Below, piece after piece: positions 54,746 through 63,168 of a DNA stretch of 64,000 bases. Within the stretch, counting starts at the first letter, position 1, and the number at the start of each line of letters is the position of its first letter. The notes under the pieces are model-generated. The model was not told the origin of the DNA. It saw only the letters and a list, made by a program, of their open reading frames with translations, and did not search any database. The position numbers were made by a program, and so were the translations under genes. This DNA is from Candidatus Acidiferrum sp. (GTDB taxonomy: Bacteria > Verrucomicrobiota > Verrucomicrobiia > Limisphaerales > UBA11358): positions 2,900 through 66,899 of the forward strand of contig DATJOW010000204.1 of assembly GCA_035506715.1 (NCBI GenBank), written 5' to 3'.

Positions 54746-55111
54746 TCAGCAACCGCGTTGCCGGCGACAGATGACCGCCGGGTCAGTCCGCAAAATCTTT
54801 TTCAACTGTTTGCCATCGGCAACGGCCTCGTCTGTTAGGGCGAGCGATTTATTAATCCAATCGAGGGCCTCCCGGACTACCGTTGGCAAGGGCGGATCCG
54901 GCAGGCGATAATAGACCCAGCGCTCGGTTTTGCGGGACTGGATCAGGCCGGCTTGATGAAGAATGGACAGGTGCTTGGACATGGTCGAGGGGGCGAAGCC
55001 AAACAGCTCGGTAATCTGGCAAACGCACAATTCCCGGCGCCGGAGCGCCAGGAGAATCCGGACCCGGCTGGGGTCCGACAGCGCCTTGGTAATGGCCATG
55101 AACTCGCGCAC
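54746..55111 (-). CDS. arsR: ArsR/SmtB-family metalloregulator
   Basis: 121 aa. ALSDPSRVRILLAL..RELCVCQITELFGFAPSTMSKHLSILHQAGLI carries the CVC As(III) site. An extra C-terminal region contains further Cys residues. Confidence 0.88.
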   Translation of the reverse strand: MREFMAITKALSDPSRVRILLALRRRELCVCQITELFGFAPSTMSKHLSILHQAGLIQSRKTERWVYYRLPDPPLPTVVREALDWINKSLALTDEAVADGKQLKKILRTDPAVICRRQRGC

Positions 55112-55188
55112 GATATTTATATTTAGTCAAATGACGAAATAACTATGCCAGCAAACCCGGCTGCTGGCAAGGGGATTTTGCGGCGCGG

Positions 55189-55872
55189 TTACGGCCCGGC
55201 AACCGGGGCGGACTGGTCTTTGCCGCCGGAGTGCCGAATGTCCTGGGCATCGCAGAGATAAACGACCTCCTCGGCCACGTTTTTGGCGTGGTCGGCGATG
55301 CGCTCGAGACTTTTCGAGGCGACCATCCAGTTCAGACAGCGGCCAATGGTGTCGGGATTCGCCACCATATGCTGGGCCAGGTCTTCGTGGATCCGCTTGT
55401 TGAGCGCGTCCACCTCCTTGTCGCGGGGAATGATGGCGCGGGCGGCGGCGGAATCGTGGTTCACGAACGCGTCGAGCGCGGACTTGAGCATGGCGAGGGC
55501 AAGGCCGGCCATGCGCGGCAGGTCGATGGTGATTTTCACCGGCGGCTCCTGGCTGAGGTCCCGGGCGCGCTTGGCGATCTTGCTGGCTTCATCGCCGACC
55601 CGTTCGAGATTCTGCGAGATTTTCATGGCCGTGGTGACCAGGCGCAAGTTGCCGGCCAGCGGCGCTTTGGTGAGCAACTGGATGGCCAGATCGTCGATCT
55701 CCAGTTCGAACTGGTCGATAATGCGGTCGTCCTCCTTGACCCGCAGGGCCAGTTCCAAATCCCGCTGGGTGAGCGCCTGCAGCGCCTGGTTGACCGCCGT
55801 TTCGGCATGGCTGGCCATGGTCAGCAGTTTTTGCTTCAAGACATCGAGTTCGGTGTCGAAATGATGTTCCAT
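55189..55872 (-). CDS. phoU: Phosphate signalling complex protein PhoU
   Basis: 227 aa. It has two PhoU repeats with E(D)xxxD motifs (ERVGDEASKIAKRA and ERIADHAKNVAEEV). Confidence 0.92.
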   Translation of the reverse strand: MEHHFDTELDVLKQKLLTMASHAETAVNQALQALTQRDLELALRVKEDDRIIDQFELEIDDLAIQLLTKAPLAGNLRLVTTAMKISQNLERVGDEASKIAKRARDLSQEPPVKITIDLPRMAGLALAMLKSALDAFVNHDSAAARAIIPRDKEVDALNKRIHEDLAQHMVANPDTIGRCLNWMVASKSLERIADHAKNVAEEVVYLCDAQDIRHSGGKDQSAPVAGP

Positions 55873-55900
55873 AATTTTGGTTCCGGTTCGCCGTCAGTTT

Positions 55901-56791
55901 TCACCCAAACCGGCCGGTGACGTAATCTTCCGTCTGCTTCTTCGCCGGGCTGGTGAAAATTTTCCGGGTCGCGTCAAACTCCACCAGTTCCCCCAGGTAG
56001 AAGAACGCGGTGTAATCCGACATGCGCGCCGCCTGCTGCATGTTGTGGGTGACGATGACAATCGTGTAATTCTTTTTCAATTCCAGAATGAGGTCCTCGA
56101 TTTTGGACGTGGCCAGGGGGTCGAGGGCTGAAGCGGGTTCGTCCATCAGCAGCACCTCCGGCTGGACGGCGAGGGCGCGGGCGATGCAGAGGCGCTGTTG
56201 CTGGCCGCCGGACAGGCTGATAGCCGGCGCGGAGAGGCGATCCTTCACCTCATCCCACAACGCGGCCATGCGCAACGACTGCTCGGTGCGTTCGGCGAGC
56301 TGTTTCCGGTGGCGGACGCCATTCAGGCGCAGGCCAACCGTGACATTTTCGGCAATGGACATGGTCGGGAACGGATTCGATTTCTGGAAGACCATGCCGA
56401 CGCGGCGGCGGACGACGACCGGTTCAATCGCAGGCGCGTAGATGTCCTCGCCGAACAGCCGGATTTCGCCGGTCATGCGCGCCTCCGGCACGAGCTCGTG
56501 CATCCGGTTGAGCGCGCGCAGGAAAGTGGATTTGCCGCAGCCGCTGGGCCCGATGATGGCGGTGACGGCCCGGGCGGTGACGTCGAGCGAAACGTCCTTG
56601 AGCACGTGATTCGTGCCGAAAAACACGGAGAGGTGGCGCACCCCGAGTGCCGGGAGAGCAGGGGGGCGCGAAGGTCGAGGGTCGGGGGTTGAGAATTGGG
56701 CGTCGGACGTTGGCCATCGACTTTCGGCCTTCGACGCTTGGCCAACCTGCGGCACGATTTTCTCTTCGTCGGGCGTCATGGTGGAATTCAT
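55901..56791 (-). CDS. pstB: Phosphate ABC transporter ATP-binding protein PstB (start ambiguous)
   Basis: Walker [24 protein letters not shown] and [12 protein letters not shown] are present. The ATG at 56791 overlaps the pstA stop (ATGA) but adds a low-complexity N-extension of about 50 aa. An alternative GTG at 56641 gives MRHLSVFFG... Confidence 0.9.
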   Translation of the reverse strand: MNSTMTPDEEKIVPQVGQASKAESRWPTSDAQFSTPDPRPSRPPALPALGVRHLSVFFGTNHVLKDVSLDVTARAVTAIIGPSGCGKSTFLRALNRMHELVPEARMTGEIRLFGEDIYAPAIEPVVVRRRVGMVFQKSNPFPTMSIAENVTVGLRLNGVRHRKQLAERTEQSLRMAALWDEVKDRLSAPAISLSGGQQQRLCIARALAVQPEVLLMDEPASALDPLATSKIEDLILELKKNYTIVIVTHNMQQAARMSDYTAFFYLGELVEFDATRKIFTSPAKKQTEDYVTGRFG

Positions 56792-57639
56792 GGTTGCTTG
56801 CGGAAACGGTCGCGGGTGAGGAAGCGGACGCCCGTGTTGAGGAACAGAACGAACAGGAGCAGGACGAGGGCGCCGGCCCAGGCCTGCCGCCACCAGTCCT
56901 CGTACGGCGATTTTGCGTATTCAAAAATTTGCAGCGGGAGCGCGGCGATCGGCTCGGTCAGTTGGTGAGTCCAAAAGCGGTTCCCGAGCGCGGTGAACAT
57001 CAACGGCGCGGTTTCGCCGGCCACGCGGGCCAGCGCCAGCAGGATGCCGGTGATGATGCCTTTAAGGGCGGTGCGCACGACGATTTGCGTGATGGTACGC
57101 CATTTGGCGATGCCGAGGGCAAGGGCAGCTTCGCGGTATCCGTTCGGCACCAGTTGCAGAACTTCCTCGGTGGTGCGCATCACCAGCGGAATCATCATCA
57201 GGCCCAGCACGACACCGCCAGCCAGCGCGGAAAATGTCTTCATTGGCACCACCAGCAGCGCGTAAACGACGATGCCCCACGTGATGGACGGGACGCCGTT
57301 GAGAATGTCGGCGGCGAAGCGGACCCACCAGTTCAGGCGCGACGTGCCATACTCGGAAAGGTACACGCCGCCGAACACGCCGATGGGTACACCGAGCAAC
57401 GCAGCCTGGCCGAGCAGGATGAAGGTTCCCACGATGGCGTTGGCCATGCCGCCGCCGGGTTCGCCAACCGGTTTGGGCAGTTGCGTGAAGAACGCCCAGT
57501 TGATGGAACTGAAACCTTGGCGGACCAGGTGATAAAAGATCAGCACCAGGGGCGCGACGACCACGATGGCGCAGGCCAGGGTCACGGCCTGCATCAGGAC
57601 GTTCTTGTACTGGCGCCAACGGTGGTTGGGAGCGGTCAT
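56788..57639 (-). CDS. pstA: Phosphate ABC transporter permease PstA
   Basis: 283 aa. The EAA-type loop is [15 protein letters not shown], with six TM segments. Position is between pstC and pstB. Confidence 0.9.
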   Translation of the reverse strand: MTAPNHRWRQYKNVLMQAVTLACAIVVVAPLVLIFYHLVRQGFSSINWAFFTQLPKPVGEPGGGMANAIVGTFILLGQAALLGVPIGVFGGVYLSEYGTSRLNWWVRFAADILNGVPSITWGIVVYALLVVPMKTFSALAGGVVLGLMMIPLVMRTTEEVLQLVPNGYREAALALGIAKWRTITQIVVRTALKGIITGILLALARVAGETAPLMFTALGNRFWTHQLTEPIAALPLQIFEYAKSPYEDWWRQAWAGALVLLLFVLFLNTGVRFLTRDRFRKQP

Positions 57640-57641
57640 CA

Positions 57642-57741
57642 GATTGAGGATTGAGGATTGATGGTTGATGATTTAACCGGGTTGACCGGCGGGACAACGC
57701 GCATTGGTTCAACCGTAAATCGTAAATCGTAAATCATAAAT
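57642..57741. repeat. Two heptamer micro-arrays flanking a GC-rich core in the pstC-pstA spacer
   Basis: GATTGAG GATTGAG GATTGAT GGTTGAT GATTTAA lies at 57642..57676. CGTAAAT x3 plus CATAAAT lies at 57714..57741. A related pair of inverted arrays lies at 38581..38608 and 38632..38659. Confidence 0.8.
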
Positions 57742-57747
57742 GTCGTG

Positions 57748-58719
57748 TCATTGTTGCGGTTTGACGCCGGTGCCGGCGAAGGTTTTCAGAAGTAATTGGG
57801 CCAGCGCATTGACCAGCACGGTCACGCCGAGCAGGACAAGACCGATCTCAAACAAGGCGCTCAAATACGCGTCCGTCGTGGCTTCGGTGAACTCATTGGC
57901 GATGACGCTCGCCAGCGTGTAGCCGGGCGCAAAGAGGGATTTGGCGATTTCGGGCCGGTTGCCGATGACCATGGTCACGGCCATGGTTTCGCCCAGCGCG
58001 CGGCCGAGGCCGAGGATCACGGCGCCGAAGAGGCCTCTTTTGGCGTAGCTCAGCACGGCGAGGCGGGTGACTTCCCAGCGCGTGGCGCCGAGGGCATAGG
58101 CGGCCTCGCGTTGCAGGCCCGGCACGGAGCGCAGGATTTCACGGGAAACCGACGTGATGATGGGCACAATCATAATGGCGACGATGATGCCGCCAGCCAA
58201 CATGCTGACGCCATAAATCGGGCCTTGAAAAAGCGGAAGAAAGCCCAACGTTTTTTGCAGCCAGGGGAAAAGGTGGATGCGCAGCCAGGGCACCATCACA
58301 AAAATGCCCCAGAGGCCGAGGATGACGCTGGGGACGGCGGCGAGCAGCTCGATGAAAATGATGAGCGGCTGGCGCAGCCAGAGCGGGGCCAGCTCCGTGA
58401 GATAGACGGCGGTGGCAATACTGACGGGCACGGCGATGAGCAGCGCTAACGCCGATGAAACGAGCGTGCCGAAAATGAACGGCAGCGCCCCGAACTGTTC
58501 ATTCACCGGGTCCCAATCGCTGTTGACCAGAAAGTGCCAGCCGAACCGGCGCAAGGTGATGCCCGAGCCGTGGGCCAGCTCATAGCCGATGAGCACGATG
58601 AGCGCGAAAACGGACAGCGCCATGAGCAGGGTCAGCCAATGGAACGCGCGATCGCCCAGGCGGGAACCCCCAGGGGTTCGCGCAGTCGCAGCAGACGGCA
58701 TGGCAATGGACTCGCTCAA
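57748..58719 (-). CDS. pstC: Phosphate ABC transporter permease PstC
   Basis: 323 aa. The EAA-type loop is REAAYALGATRWEVT. It is polytopic and lies downstream of pstS. Confidence 0.9.
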   Translation of the reverse strand: MSESIAMPSAATARTPGGSRLGDRAFHWLTLLMALSVFALIVLIGYELAHGSGITLRRFGWHFLVNSDWDPVNEQFGALPFIFGTLVSSALALLIAVPVSIATAVYLTELAPLWLRQPLIIFIELLAAVPSVILGLWGIFVMVPWLRIHLFPWLQKTLGFLPLFQGPIYGVSMLAGGIIVAIMIVPIITSVSREILRSVPGLQREAAYALGATRWEVTRLAVLSYAKRGLFGAVILGLGRALGETMAVTMVIGNRPEIAKSLFAPGYTLASVIANEFTEATTDAYLSALFEIGLVLLGVTVLVNALAQLLLKTFAGTGVKPQQ

Positions 58720-58819
58720 ATTCTGTAGATTGAAACAGCGTGATGGAGTGTGAAATCAGCGATTCAATTGTCCAGCACTCCATTTCTCCTGCCCTCCGAT
58801 GCTTCGTTCATTCACCAGC

Positions 58820-58855
58820 AAAAACGGACGAAAGGTGGGAGGAACAACGCCTTTC
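58820..58855 (-). terminator. Possible intra-operon attenuator/terminator after pstS
   Basis: On the minus strand, GAAAGG-N14-CCTTTC is followed by GTCCGTTTTT, about 40 nt after the pstS stop. A second hairpin (ATGGAGTG...CACTCCAT, 58743..58787) lies closer to pstC. Confidence 0.35.
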
Positions 58856-58894
58856 ATCCGACTCGCCCCTAACATATCCGATGGCGAAGCAAAG

Positions 58895-59911
58895 TCAGTA
58901 CTTTATCGTTCGGATCTGCTCCAGAACACGTTGCCGGACCGATTCCGGCAGCGGGGCGTAATCGAGCGACGAGGCCAGGCCCTCGCCCTTGGTCATGGCC
59001 CAATTCAGGAATTCGACCAGCTTTTTGCCCTTGTCGGCGTCTTTCTGCTTTTCATAAACCAGCAACCAGGTTGCGCCGGCGATCGGGTAGGCCTGGTCGC
59101 CCGGCGCATTGACCATGGAAAAGCGGAAGTCCTCGGGAATTTTCGCTGTGGCCAGGGCGGCGGTGACGGAGGTCAGCGATGGAGTGACAAAATTGCCCGC
59201 CGCGTTCTTGAGATCAGCGAACGGCAGCTTGTTCTGGTTGGCGTAAATCAATTCGACGTAACCAATGGCGCCGGGGAGCTGCTTGACTTGGCCGGCCACG
59301 CCTTCATTACCCTTGGCGCCCACGCCGACCCCGGCCGGCCATTTAACCGATGTGCCTTTGCCCACCGAATCCGCCCAGATCGGGCTGACGGTGCTCAGGT
59401 AATCGGTGAAGATAAAGCTGGTGCCGCTTCCGTCCGAACGGTGCACCACAATGATGTCGCCGGCCGGCAGCTTCAAGTCGGGGTTCAGCGCGACGATTTT
59501 AGGGTCATTCCACTTGGTGATGTTGCCGAGGTAGATGCCGACCAGGGTGTCGCTGTCCAGTTTCAGCTTGGGATTATCCGGGAGGTTGTAGGTGATGACG
59601 ACGGCGCCGGCAACGGTGGGCAGGTGCAGGATTTTGCCCGGCGCCTTGGCCAGGTTTTCGTCGCTCATGGGGCCGTCGGACGCGCCGAAATCCACGGTCT
59701 GGGCGGTGATTTGCTTCTGGCCGCCGCCGGAGCCGATGGATTGGTAGTTGAAACGGACCGACGGGTCCACCTTGGTGTACTCGTCGAACCATTTTGAATA
59801 GATCGGGTAGGGGAACGTGGCGCCGGCGCCGTTGATCAGCATTTGCGCGTGCGCCGCGGTTGACCCAGCGAGCAAGCCGCCACCCAGCAAGGAGAGAAGG
59901 ATTTTTTTCAT
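58895..59911 (-). CDS. pstS: Phosphate ABC transporter substrate-binding protein PstS
   Basis: 338 aa. Signal MKKILLSLLGGGLLAGSTAAHA is followed by GAGATFPYPIYSKW, QSIGSGGG and RSDGSGT motifs. Confidence 0.93.
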   Translation of the reverse strand: MKKILLSLLGGGLLAGSTAAHAQMLINGAGATFPYPIYSKWFDEYTKVDPSVRFNYQSIGSGGGQKQITAQTVDFGASDGPMSDENLAKAPGKILHLPTVAGAVVITYNLPDNPKLKLDSDTLVGIYLGNITKWNDPKIVALNPDLKLPAGDIIVVHRSDGSGTSFIFTDYLSTVSPIWADSVGKGTSVKWPAGVGVGAKGNEGVAGQVKQLPGAIGYVELIYANQNKLPFADLKNAAGNFVTPSLTSVTAALATAKIPEDFRFSMVNAPGDQAYPIAGATWLLVYEKQKDADKGKKLVEFLNWAMTKGEGLASSLDYAPLPESVRQRVLEQIRTIKY

Positions 59912-59958
59912 GGTTCAAGTTAATCAGTTTGCCGTTAAACAATCACGTTACTTTGGGG

Positions 59959-61407
59959 TTAAAATTTCCACATCAGGTCCGCCATCACATGGAGGGCATT
60001 GTTCTTGGGTTGGCCCACACTGCCTACGTTTTGATTGGGATTGATCAACTCGTTGACGTAGGCGGTGAACGAAAAAGTGAGCGCGTCGGTGAGGGAATAA
60101 TTGCACTTGACCAGGTGACCTTTGATATTGGTGCCGCCGGCCCAGCCATTCAGGGGCTGGGTCAGCGTGGTATTGCTGTAGAAGGCGACGTTGTCATCAT
60201 CCACCAGGTTGTCATACCAGGCATCGGCTTCGAGGTACTGATAGCGATAGAAAATGTCCCACATGCCTTGCTTGCCGGATTTTCCCAGCTGGACCCCTGC
60301 CCACCAGCCGACGTTGTTGGCGTCACCTTTGGCCGGGTCGGCGCCGCCATTGTACATATATTCGCCGCTGAATTTGATGGGGAATTTACCCCGGTACAGC
60401 GGGAACGTGTCCAGGGTGTAGGTGGTGCTGGCGCTGGCGATGATGGGGTTGTAATTGTAAACCAGATTGCCGGTGGACGAGTTGTAGGTGTTGCCTTGAT
60501 TGCTGTTGGGCACGCCCCCGGGATTGTAGTTGGCGGAATTGGCGGGAAATCCGGACAAGCCCAAGGCGCCGGGATTGACAATATCAAAGGCAGCAAAGCC
60601 CAGCGACGTGGCGATCCGCGAGGTCCAATTGGCATTCCAGATTGCCTGGGCGCCGGTGATATAAGGATCGCGGGCCGAACCTTTCACTTCGTCCAGCACA
60701 AAGGCACCACCGTTGATGGCGATTGAGTGGGCGTCGGTGATATTGTATTTCGCCTGCAAGGCGGCGCCTTCCGGCATGTAATCCGCGTCGAAGACCATCG
60801 GTGACACCTGAAATGGCTGGTCCATTTTCCCGATGGTGGCGGCCAGCGAACACACCTGGTTGTTGATCGCGGTCCACCTGCCGTAGGCAGTGTCGATCCA
60901 GATGGATTTGTTGCTGGCATTGTCCTGCATGGTCTGGTTGCTCGACAGCGGACTACCCGAATCACCCGAACCAATCCGGAAACCCACCTGTAAGTCATTC
61001 TTCATGTTGACCTCCAATCCCGCGAGCAAGCGGTATCGCCAACGGACGCGGCTCTGGCCGCTGAGCCCTTTGGTGGGGTCGGAGGGATCGGGAACCCCGG
61101 GGTTGTCGGTGAGTTCGTCGTCAAAACGGCCCCGGAAACTGCCATACAGTTTATAGCTGACCACCCAGTCGGGCATCGGGAACTTGGCGTTAATGGCCTT
61201 GTTAATGTCCGCGGCGGAATCCTGCTGATTTTCGGCCCGCAACTCTTTTGCTTCATCCACGGTAAGGATGCCTTTCTGCTCGAGCTTGTTGAGCAGCGCA
61301 TCCACCGACGTTTGGGCCTGCCCGGTCGGGGTGAAGGCCAGCAACGTCGTGGCGCCCGCAAACAGCGTGAATTTGGCAGTGACGTTCTGTTTCTTTAGTC
61401 GTTTCAT
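59959..61407 (-). CDS. Outer-membrane porin, probably phosphate-related (OprO/P-like by context)
   Basis: 482 aa. It has a signal peptide and a short N-terminal helical segment (VDALLNKLEQKGILTVDEAKELRAE). A long barrel-like region ends in the aromatic terminus ...ADLMWKF. It lies 47 nt upstream of pstS on the same strand, with Pho-box-like repeats upstream. Confidence 0.55.
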   Translation of the reverse strand: MKRLKKQNVTAKFTLFAGATTLLAFTPTGQAQTSVDALLNKLEQKGILTVDEAKELRAENQQDSAADINKAINAKFPMPDWVVSYKLYGSFRGRFDDELTDNPGVPDPSDPTKGLSGQSRVRWRYRLLAGLEVNMKNDLQVGFRIGSGDSGSPLSSNQTMQDNASNKSIWIDTAYGRWTAINNQVCSLAATIGKMDQPFQVSPMVFDADYMPEGAALQAKYNITDAHSIAINGGAFVLDEVKGSARDPYITGAQAIWNANWTSRIATSLGFAAFDIVNPGALGLSGFPANSANYNPGGVPNSNQGNTYNSSTGNLVYNYNPIIASASTTYTLDTFPLYRGKFPIKFSGEYMYNGGADPAKGDANNVGWWAGVQLGKSGKQGMWDIFYRYQYLEADAWYDNLVDDDNVAFYSNTTLTQPLNGWAGGTNIKGHLVKCNYSLTDALTFSFTAYVNELINPNQNVGSVGQPKNNALHVMADLMWKF

Positions 61408-61436
61408 GGTTGGCGATGCAGATGGTTGCGGCAGAC

Positions 61437-61487
61437 TGAAACAGCGCGGTTACAAACAAGCGGCGGAATAGTTACGATCAGGTGACA
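61437..61487 (-). promoter_or_regulatory. Candidate phased Pho boxes upstream of the porin-pst operon
   Basis: The minus strand reads TGTCACC-TGAT-CGTAACT-ATTC-CGCCGCT-TGTT-TGTAACC-GCGC-TGTTTCA. That is five 7-mers at exact 11-nt phasing, four of them resembling the TGTCACA repeat found upstream of phoB. It ends 29 nt before the porin ATG. Confidence 0.4.
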
Positions 61488-61657
61488 ATTCCGGGGCCTT
61501 GTAACATTTCCCGATTTGCAGCCAAAAACCGGCAGAGACAGCGCTCAAAGGTCACACCTTCAAGCTGAGGCAAAGCAGCGGCATGAGTTGACCGGAGTAG
61601 GCGCTGTCTGCCGTGCGCCGCTGGCCGAGACTGCCGTCGCTAAGCATCAAGTTTATG

Positions 61658-62077
61658 TCATGGGTGGTCCGGGCTGGTTTCGGTGGCCAGGCCGACCTTG
61701 GTGATGTCGAGTTGCTGGAGGACGTCCAGGACATTGATCATGTTCTGGTAATCCACCTCGTCGGCGCCCTTGACCACCACGCTGAGTGCCGGGTCGGCCG
61801 CCTTCATCTGTTGCAGGTCGGTCGTGAGCGTCGGGATGGTCACGGGCCGGTCGTTCAGGTAGGTCTGCCCCGCCGCATCCACCACAATGTGGTTGAGCTT
61901 GGGCTTCTGGGGGGTCTGGGGCGGCGGTTTGCCCGAAGGCAGCGTCATCTCCAGATTATTCATCATCTGCGGCGTCGTGATGATGAAGATCACCAGCAAC
62001 ACAAACACCAGGTCCAGCAGCGGCGTGATGTTCAATTCGCTGAGCGAACTGTGATGGCTTTGCGACGTCTTTTTCAT
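61658..62077 (-). CDS. exbD: Biopolymer transport protein ExbD/TolR
   Basis: 139 aa. ELNITPLLDLVFVLLVIFIITT is followed by a periplasmic domain. Confidence 0.88.
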   Translation of the reverse strand: MKKTSQSHHSSLSELNITPLLDLVFVLLVIFIITTPQMMNNLEMTLPSGKPPPQTPQKPKLNHIVVDAAGQTYLNDRPVTIPTLTTDLQQMKAADPALSVVVKGADEVDYQNMINVLDVLQQLDITKVGLATETSPDHP

Positions 62078-62748
62078 TGGCTGATCGGCTCGGTCTCCGC
62101 CTGCACGTCAAACCGCACCACCACGCGCCCCGGAAAATTCGTCGGCGGCGGCCGGTCCAGGCTCTTCACCGTCGCCAGCGCCTGGCGCACCGAATCGTCC
62201 CAGCGGCGGTCGCCCGAACCCTTTTCCCAGGTCGGGTCGCTGAGCCGCCCTTTCCGGTCCACCGACACCTCCACTTCCGCCACATAGTTGTCATCGGCGA
62301 TGTTGTCCGGCCGCTGCCATCTCGAGCGCAGCGCATATTCCACGAAACCCTTGTAGAGTTGGACGGGGTCCGAGCTGGTTTCCACCGCTTTGCCGCCCTC
62401 GAATTCGAACGCCGGCAGTTCCGCCGCGGGCGGAGCCACGGTGGGCGGCGCCACGACCGGCGGCGGCGGGGCGGCTTTGGCCTCCTCCACCAGCCTGGGC
62501 TTTTCCACGACCTTGGGCGGCTCCACCTTGGGCGGCTCGACCTTCGGTTTCTCGGGTTCCTTGGGTTTCTCCGGCGGTTTCTCCTTGACCATCTCGACGG
62601 CGATTTTCTTCAACTGTTTGCCCAGCAGCCCCTGCCGCGCCGCAAAGTAAAACATGGTCAGCACAATCAGCGCGTGAAAGAGGAACGAGATCAGCAGGTT
62701 CACCCTGGAGGAGTTGCGCTTGGTGCGGGCGTGGCTTTGCGGCAGCAT
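62074..62748 (-). CDS. tonB: TonB-family energy transducer
   Basis: 224 aa. It has an N-terminal TM anchor, a Pro/Lys/Glu-rich spacer (KPPEKPKEPEKPKVEPPKVEPPKV) and a C-terminal TonB-like domain. Confidence 0.75.
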   Translation of the reverse strand: MLPQSHARTKRNSSRVNLLISFLFHALIVLTMFYFAARQGLLGKQLKKIAVEMVKEKPPEKPKEPEKPKVEPPKVEPPKVVEKPRLVEEAKAAPPPPVVAPPTVAPPAAELPAFEFEGGKAVETSSDPVQLYKGFVEYALRSRWQRPDNIADDNYVAEVEVSVDRKGRLSDPTWEKGSGDRRWDDSVRQALATVKSLDRPPPTNFPGRVVVRFDVQAETEPISQ

Positions 62749-62751
62749 GAG

Positions 62752-63168
62752 CTATTTAGCGTTGGCGGCTTCGGTGGCCAGATCCACCTTGGGCACATTG
62801 GCCCGCTGGCAAACATCCAGCACGGCGCGGATTTGTTTGTACTTGGTCTGGCTGTCGCCACGGATGATCACGTTCAAGTCCGGGTCGTCCAGGCGGGCGC
62901 TGATGAGGGATTGGAGGATCTCCTCGGGGTTGGTGAATTTGGCCTTGTTGAGGTAAAGGGTGCCGTCGGCCTGGACGGTGATGTAGTTGGCCTTGCGGGG
63001 CGGGTCCTTGAGGCGCTTGGCGGCGGTGGGCAGTTTCAGATCCAGGTCATTGACCGGCGGCATGGTGGTGATAATAAAAATCACCAGCAGCACGAACGCC
63101 AGGTCCAGCAGCGGCGTGATGTTCAGCTCCGTCAGCGATTGATGCGCCGATTTCGAACACTTCTTCAT
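62752..63168 (-). CDS. exbD: Biopolymer transport protein ExbD/TolR (second copy)
   Basis: 138 aa. ELNITPLLDLAFVLLVIFIITT. It is a paralog of 61658..62077. Confidence 0.88.
   Translation of the reverse strand: MKKCSKSAHQSLTELNITPLLDLAFVLLVIFIITTMPPVNDLDLKLPTAAKRLKDPPRKANYITVQADGTLYLNKAKFTNPEEILQSLISARLDDPDLNVIIRGDSQTKYKQIRAVLDVCQRANVPKVDLATEAANAK

Noticed and set aside
52288-55111. The arsenic operon as a horizontally acquired genomic island.
   Set aside because: I saw no visible GC or codon break, no integrase or transposase, no flanking direct repeats, and tight overlaps with core neighbours (fmt, phoU). It is treated as a resident operon.
57642-57741. Possible CRISPR-like or minisatellite array in the heptamer repeats, and at 38581..38659.
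   Set aside because: The repeat unit is 7 nt with no spacers, the total length is under 40 nt per array, and there are no cas genes. It is not a CRISPR array. It is reported instead as a structured intergenic repeat.
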